DNA of 64,000 nucleotides from Candidatus Babelota bacterium (GTDB lineage: Bacteria; Babelota; Babeliae; Babelales; Chromulinivoraceae). The stretch's first letter is position 1. Every line of letters begins with the position of its first letter. The position numbers and the translations under genes are program-made. Location of the stretch: the NCBI GenBank assembly GCA_026389065.1, contig JAPLIP010000036.1, forward strand, positions 815-64,814. Direction: 5' to 3'. The notes under the pieces are model-generated. The model worked only from the letters and a program-made list of their open reading frames with translations. It had not been told where the DNA came from and made no database searches. Positions 54,542 to 64,000 of this stretch are shown piece by piece.

Positions 54542-56140
54542 TCAAAAAATTTCGTCAATCACTTGTTTAATTGGGCGAACCATTAATGGATCTTGCATTG
54601 CTTCATAAAAACTTTCATCATAAGTTCTGGTTTCAATAACCATTGGCATAGTGATTGCGTGACCAATGAGCAAAGCCTGTTTTTTAGTGTCAAGTGATCC
54701 AAGAACAGCTCGTAGCGTTGTAGCGTTTGGCGCACCATTTAAAACAGCTTGAATGTCTTTTTCGTCGCTGAGCTGAGCAACTACTTTTGTTCCAATTTGT
54801 GATAATACCTCAGCATCAATTCCAGATGGTCGCTGATCAATAATGAGCAAAGTTACATAATATTTTCGCATTTCTCGAGCAATAGTTCCAAAAATTGTTT
54901 GGCTTGCGGCGATTGGATTTAAAAATTTATGAGCTTCTTCGATTACAATCATAAGTTTTTCTGGCTCGTCATGGGCTTTTTGGGTGCCTAGATAATGCTC
55001 TGTTTTTTTTACATATTCATGGTGAATTCTTCGAGTGATAATGTTTGCCATGAGCAAATAACAAAAAGTAGAGGTAAAATTTCCAAACTCAAAAATTACA
55101 TGTGTTCCCTTTGCAAGGTATTCAAGCAATCGGTCAATGACGGACTCGCTTCTTGGTAATTTTTTTACAAAGAATGGTAATTTTTCAATGCGTTTTAATT
55201 TTCGATAAAGCGCTGCTATCGATTCAGGATGAGCTCCAGTTTGTGATGCAAATTCTTTTGCATCGTGCCCTTGTTCTAAAAGTGCAAGCAACCACTCCTT
55301 TCCAAATTTATTATGAATTAAGTATGCAGCTTCAAGTGCTGTACTATGCAAATTAAGCTCTGCTTGAAGTGACAAAACATCTTCAACGCGAATATCTTCG
55401 TAGGAAAGTTGTACGACGACGTCAGGGCTTGCGCCGCGCCGCATGGTTGCAGCAGGGTCCAAAGAAAAAATTGCGACTTTTGATGGAAATAAAGATTTTA
55501 ATCCCTTAACAAATTTCGCATCAGATTCTTGCCTTGCCTGAAGTCCATACTCATTGTGCATATCAAAAACAAGTATTGTGGCAGCTTGTCTTTTTATGAG
55601 TCCTGCTAAAAGCAGTCGGGTTAAAAATGTTTTTCCTGTTCCGCTTTTTCCAAAGACTCCACTACTTCTTTCAGCAAGTTTTTCTAGATCTATGCAAACA
55701 GGAGCATTCATATCAAGTGGGCTGCCCATGTTGAAATATTTTTTTGTTTTTTCTGCTTCAGATCCAAAAATGGCAGCTACGTCGCGCTCGGTTGCTTCAT
55801 GAACTGATGCAAAATGTTGCGGCACTGTTTTAACCGGAAGAGTTCGTCCTTGCTTGTTTAAAGTAATCATTGGTTTTACTTGCGCTGTTGCATAAATGCT
55901 TTTCTTTTTTAAAAAATCTCGCAAAAATCCTTCGCTTTCGCTTGGAGGATATAGCAAAATATCAGGGTGCGTCACTTGCAGCGTAAGATTTGTGATCATA
56001 GAAAAAAAAGTATATTCATTGCCAGCGATAGCGACAAATTTACCAGCTTTAACTTCTTCAATGTTTGCTTCCTGCGAAACTCGCATGACAAAACCATCAG
56101 TTAAAGATCCTTCTATTATATAGCCAAGCGGTTTGTTCAT
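54542..56140 (-). CDS. HerA/DUF87-like (FtsK-HerA superfamily) P-loop ATPase
   Basis: Walker A 'GVFGKSGTGKTFLTRLL', Walker B 'KLMIVIEEAHKFLN', 'LLIIDQRPSGI'. The ATG overlaps the atpC stop (ATGA at 56137-56140). Confidence 0.65.
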   Translation of the reverse strand: MNKPLGYIIEGSLTDGFVMRVSQEANIEEVKAGKFVAIAGNEYTFFSMITNLTLQVTHPDILLYPPSESEGFLRDFLKKKSIYATAQVKPMITLNKQGRTLPVKTVPQHFASVHEATERDVAAIFGSEAEKTKKYFNMGSPLDMNAPVCIDLEKLAERSSGVFGKSGTGKTFLTRLLLAGLIKRQAATILVFDMHNEYGLQARQESDAKFVKGLKSLFPSKVAIFSLDPAATMRRGASPDVVVQLSYEDIRVEDVLSLQAELNLHSTALEAAYLIHNKFGKEWLLALLEQGHDAKEFASQTGAHPESIAALYRKLKRIEKLPFFVKKLPRSESVIDRLLEYLAKGTHVIFEFGNFTSTFCYLLMANIITRRIHHEYVKKTEHYLGTQKAHDEPEKLMIVIEEAHKFLNPIAASQTIFGTIAREMRKYYVTLLIIDQRPSGIDAEVLSQIGTKVVAQLSDEKDIQAVLNGAPNATTLRAVLGSLDTKKQALLIGHAITMPMVIETRTYDESFYEAMQDPLMVRPIKQVIDEIF

Positions 56141-56382
56141 AGATCGATAGGTAATAAAATTTTTACCCCTGTTCTTGTCACATGTGCAACACCTTGAACA
56201 ATCATCATAGATTCAGTTTGACCGCTTTTTAGTTGGTATAAGAGTTCATATCCAGAAGATAGCTCGATAATCATTGGAGCGTGGCCTTCTTGAATAACCA
56301 TGTTTCCAGTTGGGGTGTTGAACTCTGCCCAATTAATTTCAAGCTCGTTTGTTCTTTGTGTCGTAATAATATGTAGTTTCAT
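56137..56382 (-). CDS. atpC: F-type ATP synthase epsilon subunit, N-terminal beta-sandwich domain only (81 aa)
   Basis: Lies directly after atpD with a 2-nt gap. 'GNMVIQEGHAPMIIELSSGYEL' matches the epsilon 'G..GILPGHAPL...L..G' motif. There is no C-terminal helical hairpin. Confidence 0.75.
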   Translation of the reverse strand: MKLHIITTQRTNELEINWAEFNTPTGNMVIQEGHAPMIIELSSGYELLYQLKSGQTESMMIVQGVAHVTRTGVKILLPIDL

Positions 56383-56384
56383 AA

Positions 56385-57860
<1,476 letters not shown>

Positions 57861-57898
57861 TTATAGCAAGGTAAGGAAAAAGCAGTTATTTGTAAAGT

Positions 57899-58408
57899 TT
57901 AATAACCTCTACGGTTGCGGTTGTACTGTTCTTTCTCAAGAAACAAAAGAGACCTGTTTAATTTTTCTGCTTGTATATGCTTAACTTTGTCTTCAATTTG
58001 TTGACTACTTAAGCCTTCCACTTCTGGCTGGCTAAAAGATTCTAGTATGTTAATTATGCTTTTGTTTTTAATTTTGACAATGTCTGGAGTGCTGGGAGCT
58101 TGTATGTGGTCATGCATTTCTCTAAGCATTACTTCTAATTTTGTTAAGCCTTCTATTCCTTCATTTTCATTAATAGGCGGGGTTGTATCTAAGCTTGTAA
58201 GCTCTAGCTCACATTCAGATACAAATTTCGCACAAGATAAAAGTATCTTTTCTTGTTGTCTTTGAAAAGTGCTTATTCTTGAAGCCTCTGTTGTTTCTTT
58301 ACACCACTTCTCTATTATTGCTGAGACTTCCTGGGCATTCATTCCAAGAGCAGGCGCTGATGCAAAATTAATGAGCGATGCGATAACTAAGAATTTACTT
58401 TTTTTCAT
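57899..58408 (-). CDS. Hypothetical secreted protein
   Basis: Signal peptide 'MKKSKFLVIASLINFASAPALG'. No family recognised. Confidence 0.5.
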   Translation of the reverse strand: MKKSKFLVIASLINFASAPALGMNAQEVSAIIEKWCKETTEASRISTFQRQQEKILLSCAKFVSECELELTSLDTTPPINENEGIEGLTKLEVMLREMHDHIQAPSTPDIVKIKNKSIINILESFSQPEVEGLSSQQIEDKVKHIQAEKLNRSLLFLEKEQYNRNRRGY

Positions 58409-58639
58409 TTATAGATACCCCTAAAGTATTTTTATTTGGTTTAAGAAATTGATTTAATTTTACAATTAAATCTAGATAGTTTTTAAACTAATCAAATATA
58501 ATTATAGATTATTTGTTTCTATTTGTAAAACTACGAGCTGGTTTTGGCACTTATTCATTTTACTCACCGATATGGTATACTGACTGTGTGAAAATCATTG
58601 CTACAGAAAGAAAAGTTATCATTTTGGGGAAGAATTTTT

Positions 58640-60340
58640 ATGAAAAAAATATATTTATTGTTCTTAGTTTTTTTTACTCAAAAAACGACTATATCTTCCG
58701 AAGGACCATTGTTTTCAGGTCTTTTGTCAAGATGTATAAAAAGCATTGAAGATGGCGATAAACGAAGCAGTAGGATCGTATCTCTATCTCTTAATGCTTT
58801 TAATCATCTACATCACGAGAAAAATTCAATTAATGATTTTTTTGCAGATAAAAATATTCAAGATTTATTTTTGTTAAGCCATTCTGGCAAAGATAGTAAT
58901 TTTTTATCGGTTGATAAATTTGAGAGTCAAAGAGACTTTGACATTGCTATTTTGAACGCTCAAAAATTAATGTTAGCTCGTTTGTACATTCAGTTTTTTA
59001 GCGAATATATTAAAAAAGCTGAATCAATCTTACAAGAAATTTCTGTGGCAAAAGAGTATTGGAAAAAAGAGTTGTTTTGTGAGTCGTTGCCATGGACAAG
59101 AAAAAATATTACTCGCTGGTCAACTAAAAAATCATACCAAAATTTTCTTGCCGGTCGCATACAGGTTTTACAGAAAGCAGAAGATGAGCTGTCTTCAGTT
59201 CTTGGCCTTGCGCTTCATGGGCATTATCAAATTTCAAAAATAAATTCGATAGATAATATTTCCGCCGGTCTTTCCAGCGGCGCATTGCCGATGTACCATC
59301 AGTTTAATGTTCCATTTTTAGAAATTGAAAGCAATCACGTTGATGTTTACAGGCTTTTTAAGGATGCTTGGTGGTTTGTCCAAATTGCAAATGAGGACGC
59401 AGAAAGGTTTCAGACCATTATTGATGAACATAAAAAACCACACCATTTCGCACGACATAAGGTAGCATATTCTGTTATTGCTGGATCAATAATTATGGCA
59501 ATGTGTGCTTATAAAAAATATAAAGAACATGTGCCATTTTACAAGAAAAAAAGCAAAGAGGTGTTTGATAATTTTATTCAAGAGTACATTGTCGATGCGG
59601 CAGCGGCTGGCAAGAAATTCTTTTGGGATCAAGATAGGAAGGTGGTAAGAAAGATTAATAAGATGGATCCTCTTCCTACGAATGATATCACCTTTCCTCA
59701 TTTAAGCCCAAAGGATCAGCTTCCGACAGTGGATAATAAAGTAGCTACAGTTGCAGGATTTATTCCTGTTCGCAGCCAGAATGATTTAAATGAACATCAA
59801 AAAGTTATTAATCAAAATATTCAGTCAGGAATTAAGGATTATAATAATGTTATCGATTCTGTTAATCGAGCGCTTGAAGAATACAAAGAAATTAAGCAGA
59901 CCATAAATCAAAACAAAGAGGAGGCTGTCCTCGTTGCTAATAATCTTTTTGAGGTTGTTAATCAAAATTCTCGGGCGACGTTGTTTATGGTTGCCGTACT
60001 TCCTACGGTTGGTGTTGGTTATTTAGGTTGTCGCACTATAAATGTTGGATACAATAGATTTATTAAGCATGATACTTGGTATAAACCAATGAGAAACTTG
60101 GTACGATCAATTGATATTATTTTAAATAAAACCATAACGACACAAGAGCGATCATTTAGCCAAGACGGAAAGCTCCATATTTTAATTATTCAATTAAGGT
60201 CTTATGTTTATTGCTTGTCTAACGAAGAGCTGTTCTTGTTTCAAGATGATATTTCTCAGCTTCTCTCATTTGATTTAAGCTATGAGCAAAAGCATAAAGT
60301 TCTTGAGCGAATGCATAGAACTTATGAGTTTTTAAAATAA
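58640..60340 (+). CDS. Hypothetical membrane protein (lineage-specific)
   Basis: Signal peptide 'MKKIYLLFLVFFTQKTT'. Internal TM segments 'VAYSVIAGSIIMAMCAY' and 'ATLFMVAVLPTVGVGYLGC'. Confidence 0.5.
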   Translation: MKKIYLLFLVFFTQKTTISSEGPLFSGLLSRCIKSIEDGDKRSSRIVSLSLNAFNHLHHEKNSINDFFADKNIQDLFLLSHSGKDSNFLSVDKFESQRDFDIAILNAQKLMLARLYIQFFSEYIKKAESILQEISVAKEYWKKELFCESLPWTRKNITRWSTKKSYQNFLAGRIQVLQKAEDELSSVLGLALHGHYQISKINSIDNISAGLSSGALPMYHQFNVPFLEIESNHVDVYRLFKDAWWFVQIANEDAERFQTIIDEHKKPHHFARHKVAYSVIAGSIIMAMCAYKKYKEHVPFYKKKSKEVFDNFIQEYIVDAAAAGKKFFWDQDRKVVRKINKMDPLPTNDITFPHLSPKDQLPTVDNKVATVAGFIPVRSQNDLNEHQKVINQNIQSGIKDYNNVIDSVNRALEEYKEIKQTINQNKEEAVLVANNLFEVVNQNSRATLFMVAVLPTVGVGYLGCRTINVGYNRFIKHDTWYKPMRNLVRSIDIILNKTITTQERSFSQDGKLHILIIQLRSYVYCLSNEELFLFQDDISQLLSFDLSYEQKHKVLERMHRTYEFLK

Positions 60341-60790
60341 CTAAGCAATAACTTTTAAAAGTTTGTTTTCGAGGGTCATCATTTTTTTAAACTCATCATC
60401 TTCTATGTGATCATGCCCCAGAAGATGGCAAATAGCATGCACAAGCATGCGATCCATTCGAGCATCAAAGTCACCATCTAGATTGTGTTTATTTTCAAAC
60501 ACATATGAAACAGCAATGATAATATCACCGAGGTTTTTATCTTCATCGGATAAAATCTTGATTTTTTTACCAGCCTTTAGCTCGGTGTGGTAAGGAAAGG
60601 ATAGCACGTCAGTTGCTTTGTCTTTATTTCGAAAATCTTTATTGTATTTTTGAATTGTCTTTTCTGTCGTTAGTAAAATACCTAAGTCAAAATCATTGTA
60701 TCCAAGATGCGTTAGAATTTTCTGAGCTTTGGCATGGTACTGCTTAACGTCGAAAGATATTTTTTTTTGGCTGTTTCTTATTTTTATCAT
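60341..60790 (-). CDS. ybeY: Endoribonuclease YbeY (rRNA maturation)
   Basis: Zinc motif 'HAICHLLGHDH', and 'ATDVLSFPY'. Confidence 0.9.
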   Translation of the reverse strand: MIKIRNSQKKISFDVKQYHAKAQKILTHLGYNDFDLGILLTTEKTIQKYNKDFRNKDKATDVLSFPYHTELKAGKKIKILSDEDKNLGDIIIAVSYVFENKHNLDGDFDARMDRMLVHAICHLLGHDHIEDDEFKKMMTLENKLLKVIA

Positions 60791-61015
60791 AGGTAAAAGC
60801 TGCTTTTTAAGGTGTTATAAATATATTTGGAGCTCTACTAATATTATTTTTTCCACCTTGTTTCCTGTGGCTTGACCACAGAAAATAAGTAAAAGAAGCT
60901 TAAGTTTGCTAATTTTTGTTAATATAATAGGAAATTATTTTAATAATATATTCTTAATTTTAAAGCCATCGATTGAAGAGTCAAACAAAAAATTTAGCCG
61001 TCAAATAAAAACCGC

Positions 61016-61052
61016 CCGATATTAAAATCGAGCGGTGTTTTTAATAGATCTT
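61016..61052. terminator. Bidirectional-type terminator hairpin downstream of 61077-61877
   Basis: aaaa-accgcccgat-attaaa-atcgagcggt-gttttt (one mismatch in a 10-bp stem). Confidence 0.65.
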
Positions 61053-61076
61053 TTTTTATAAAAGAATTAAAAATTT

Positions 61077-61877
61077 TTAAGCTTCTTCTTGATCGTTAGC
61101 AGATCTAAGGCTTAGCATTCCTCTACCATTTTTATTGATAAAGTCTTTTACTTCGTCAGAAACTTCTACAGATCCTTGAGCAAGGCTTAATAAAGCTTCT
61201 TTTGCTTCTTGGAAGATGTCCATATCTTCTTCTTTTGATGCAACAATAGAAAGAGAAAGAACAAATGAAGGAATATATTCTTCTATTTCGCTTAGGCTAT
61301 CGACTGCTTGAGCTGATGTATCATCAATATCGTCACTTTGAGCGTTAGCTTCTTGAGAAGCTGATAATTCTTCATTTTCAGAACTATTTTCATCTGTCAT
61401 TTCTTCATCAGAAATTTCTTCAGATGCAATTTGCTCAGGCGCTTCGACGGGTGATACCTCATCAGTTTGCTCAATTTCTTCAGATGTTTGATCAGGATTT
61501 TCATCTAAAGCTTCTGTTGATTGAGAAATAGCTTCAGGCTGAGTTGCTTGAGCCAGAGCATCTTGTATTAATTGAGAATCAATTAGTGACTCCATAACAT
61601 CAGTTGCTATTTGCAGTGTTGACTGATTAGAGAAAACAGCCAATTGAATATCTTGAAGCAATGATAAAAATGTTTGGAAAAGCAAGCCTTTGTCGCTTTT
61701 TTGAACTGTATTAAGAATGTTTTGTGAAAGGTTGTTGAACTCTTCTAAATCAGATGCGTTTTTTGGTTGAACTTGAAACTCAACCGTATAGGTTCTTGGA
61801 ACAAATGTTGTTGACTCCTCAGCGTGAGTAAAAGCAAAAAAGCTAATCGCTGAAAATAATAATATTTTGTTTGTCAT
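61077..61877 (-). CDS. Hypothetical highly acidic secreted protein
   Basis: Signal peptide 'MTNKILLFSAISFFAFTHA'. Central D/E/S/Q-rich low-complexity region. Confidence 0.5.
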   Translation of the reverse strand: MTNKILLFSAISFFAFTHAEESTTFVPRTYTVEFQVQPKNASDLEEFNNLSQNILNTVQKSDKGLLFQTFLSLLQDIQLAVFSNQSTLQIATDVMESLIDSQLIQDALAQATQPEAISQSTEALDENPDQTSEEIEQTDEVSPVEAPEQIASEEISDEEMTDENSSENEELSASQEANAQSDDIDDTSAQAVDSLSEIEEYIPSFVLSLSIVASKEEDMDIFQEAKEALLSLAQGSVEVSDEVKDFINKNGRGMLSLRSANDQEEA

Positions 61878-61974
61878 TTTGATCCCTTAAAAGAGTTTTT
61901 TGTTTTTGAAGATATCTAAAGAATATGCCAAAGCATTGAGTTAGTCAATGCTTTGGCAATTAAAAGCTGTCGTT

Positions 61975-64000
61975 TTATTTTGTAATATTTATATGAGCTT
62001 TCCAGCTGTCTTGCTCTTGAACAAGTGCTGTTTCTTGGTCTGTTGTGCAAAACACTATTTTTGTTGCTTTGCAAACGCCCTTTAAGGTGTTTTCTTGTTG
62101 CTTTAAAACGGCTTGGTTTTGATCTGTTGCGCCATAAATTGTTATTGAGGAAAGCTCTGCCTTAAGGGACAGCTGAGCTGTTGTTTTTAATTTTCTGACA
62201 TGCGAAATTACATTTAAAATTAAAGACATGCTTTGTTGGTTGTCGTTGTTAATATTTTGAGCTTCTGGCAACTGTGTCAAATGAATAGAATTCATTGCAG
62301 ATGTATCATGCTTTAACAAAATATTTTGATATAAATACTCTGTGATGTGTGGCAAGTATGGGCTATAAAGCTGTAGAATAATTAAGCCTGTTTCGCGAAG
62401 TGTCCATAAAGTTGCCTGAACTTCTTTTTGCGAGTAATTTTCAGGATTAAATAGTTGATCCTTAACTATTTCTAAATAATTATCACAAAAATCGTTCCAA
62501 AAAACTTTTTCAATTGATTGCAGCGCAAGGCTAAATTCATGTTTTTTAAAGTGATCATGATATTCTTTGAGGCAAGTTTGTAGTTGGTCTATCATCCACT
62601 CATTTACTACACCAAGGTCTTGAGGCTTCTGCTTGGGAAGAGTTTTTCCATCGATGTGCATGTGTACAAATTTTAAAGCATTCCAAAGTTTTGTTAAAAG
62701 TTTTTGCCCAATCATTATTTGTTCTGGAGAAAAGGCAATATCTTGACCAAGGGTTCCAGAAGCCGTCCAAAAACGAATAGCATCAGGAGCATACTGTAAT
62801 AATAGTTTTTCTGGGTCTGTTGGGGCGTTGTCTTTTGACTTTGATATTTTTTCTTTATTTTCGCTTAAAACATATCCTGAAATAACGATGTCGTTCCAAG
62901 GCATCTGTTTTTGATGCATCCATGTTTTTACAATGGTATAAAAAGCCCATGTTCGAATAATATCGTGTGCTTGTGGTCGCATGCTCATAGGAATAAAGTC
63001 TGAGTCGCTTGATATTGAATCGTTACTTTTATCATAAAGTTGTTTGCAGATGTATGGAGTTAAAGATGAGGTGTTCCAGGTGTCCATCACATCTTTTTCT
63101 GCGCGAATATTTAAGCTTGAGCATTTTGTGCATGGTTTGCCATAGCAAGTTTGCTGAGGATCTAATGGCAAATCTTTTATTTCAGCCAAAAGTATTTCTC
63201 CGCAGTCATTGCAGTACCAAACTGGAAATGGAATTCCAAACACTCTTTGACGGGAAATACACCAGTCCCATGAAAGATTTTTAACCCAATCAACAAATCT
63301 AGATTTCATATGTTTTGGATACCAGTTTATTTCATCAGCAACTGCTAAAAATTCGTTTGAATTTTGAACTACTTTAATAAACCATTGTGGTAAAATTGCA
63401 TACTCAATTACATGCTTGCAGCGCTCATGAATGCTTACCGTGTTTTCAATCTGTTTTTGGTTTAAAAGAAGATTGTTTTCTTTTAGTATCTCAATAATTT
63501 TTTTACGAGCATCGCTTACATTTAGTCCAGCAAGTTGACCAGTGCTTGCAACAAATTTTCCATTAAAATCAATTGATGGATTATGTGGAAGCTTATGTTT
63601 TTTGTACCATTCAATGTCGGTTTTATCACCAAAAGTACAAACCATTACCAGCCCGGATCCTTTTTCTATCAGAACGGTTTCGTCTGCAAGGAGTGGAACA
63701 GTTTGACTAAAGATGGGAACAATTGCTTGTTTGCCGGTTAAGTTTTGATACCGCTTATCGTCTGGATGAAAAAGAACCGCAACGCATGATGGTAAAAGTT
63801 CAGGGCGTGTTGTTGCGATAGTAAGTGGCTCGTTGGTATCAGCTGTTTGAAATTGAATATCGTTAAACATGGTTGTTTGTGACATATCATCAAGTTCTGC
63901 TTGAGCAACGGTTGTGCGACACTGTGTGCAAAACAATGCTGGTTCATTTTTGATGTAGGCATAATCTTTTTTTACCAAGCCAATAAAAGATTCTTGTGCT
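61975..64000 (-). CDS. valS: Valine--tRNA ligase, partial (N-terminal catalytic part lies beyond the window end)
   Basis: The ORF stays open to position 64000. CP1/editing region 'TTRPELLPSCVAVLFHPDD', 'MVCTFGDKTD', 'WCISRQRVFGIPFPVWYC', and KMSKS-like 'KISKSKDN'. Confidence 0.9.
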   Translation of the reverse strand, partial: AQESFIGLVKKDYAYIKNEPALFCTQCRTTVAQAELDDMSQTTMFNDIQFQTADTNEPLTIATTRPELLPSCVAVLFHPDDKRYQNLTGKQAIVPIFSQTVPLLADETVLIEKGSGLVMVCTFGDKTDIEWYKKHKLPHNPSIDFNGKFVASTGQLAGLNVSDARKKIIEILKENNLLLNQKQIENTVSIHERCKHVIEYAILPQWFIKVVQNSNEFLAVADEINWYPKHMKSRFVDWVKNLSWDWCISRQRVFGIPFPVWYCNDCGEILLAEIKDLPLDPQQTCYGKPCTKCSSLNIRAEKDVMDTWNTSSLTPYICKQLYDKSNDSISSDSDFIPMSMRPQAHDIIRTWAFYTIVKTWMHQKQMPWNDIVISGYVLSENKEKISKSKDNAPTDPEKLLLQYAPDAIRFWTASGTLGQDIAFSPEQIMIGQKLLTKLWNALKFVHMHIDGKTLPKQKPQDLGVVNEWMIDQLQTCLKEYHDHFKKHEFSLALQSIEKVFWNDFCDNYLEIVKDQLFNPENYSQKEVQATLWTLRETGLIILQLYSPYLPHITEYLYQNILLKHDTSAMNSIHLTQLPEAQNINNDNQQSMSLILNVISHVRKLKTTAQLSLKAELSSITIYGATDQNQAVLKQQENTLKGVCKATKIVFCTTDQETALVQEQDSWKAHINITK

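Noticed and set aside
58513-58749. 78-aa ORF overlapping the start of 58640-60340
   Set aside because: It is in a different frame, overlaps the signal peptide of the longer gene, has no homology signal, and lies in an AT-rich promoter region.

Overview
Visibly AT-rich, gene-dense bacterial chromosomal segment with about 60 CDS, many overlapping or separated by only a few nt. Core housekeeping genes are clpB, aspS, nfo, infB, nusA, sufU-like, rpsA, ndk, parA, nusB, efp, glyA, alaS, pth, murJ, lon, atpD, atpC, ybeY and valS, plus one tmRNA (ssrA) and one initiator tRNA-Met. These are interleaved with many lineage-specific proteins carrying N-terminal signal peptides or membrane anchors and with eukaryote-like domains (SET, GT61/DUF563 glycosyltransferases, C11 peptidase, lipase-like hydrolases). 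By inference only, this fits an obligately host-associated or intracellular lineage, possibly Dependentiae/TM6-like. I saw no rRNA, CRISPR array, transposase, integrase or prophage genes. Main observations: (1) a 400-bp ORF-free gap at 19.5-19.9 kb holds eight canonical DnaA boxes in two inverted, 11-bp-phased arrays beside an extreme AT tract, which looks like oriC. (2) Ndk and a 377-aa secreted protein both end in a Rab1/Ypt1-like GGCC / GGCCC cysteine motif. (3) A sugar-modification island (1-8.2 kb) has four GT61/DUF563 paralogs, and its TylF-type methyltransferase is broken by a perfect 70-bp tandem duplication and a T-run frameshift. (4) A GNAT gene has the same T-run/TAA -1 frameshift context. 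(5) A translationally coupled minus-strand unit links atpD, a C-terminally truncated atpC, a HerA-like ATPase and an amino-acid ABC transporter. (6) parA is followed by a 99-aa partner instead of a full-length parB. All functional calls come from reading motifs in the supplied translations; no database search was run.
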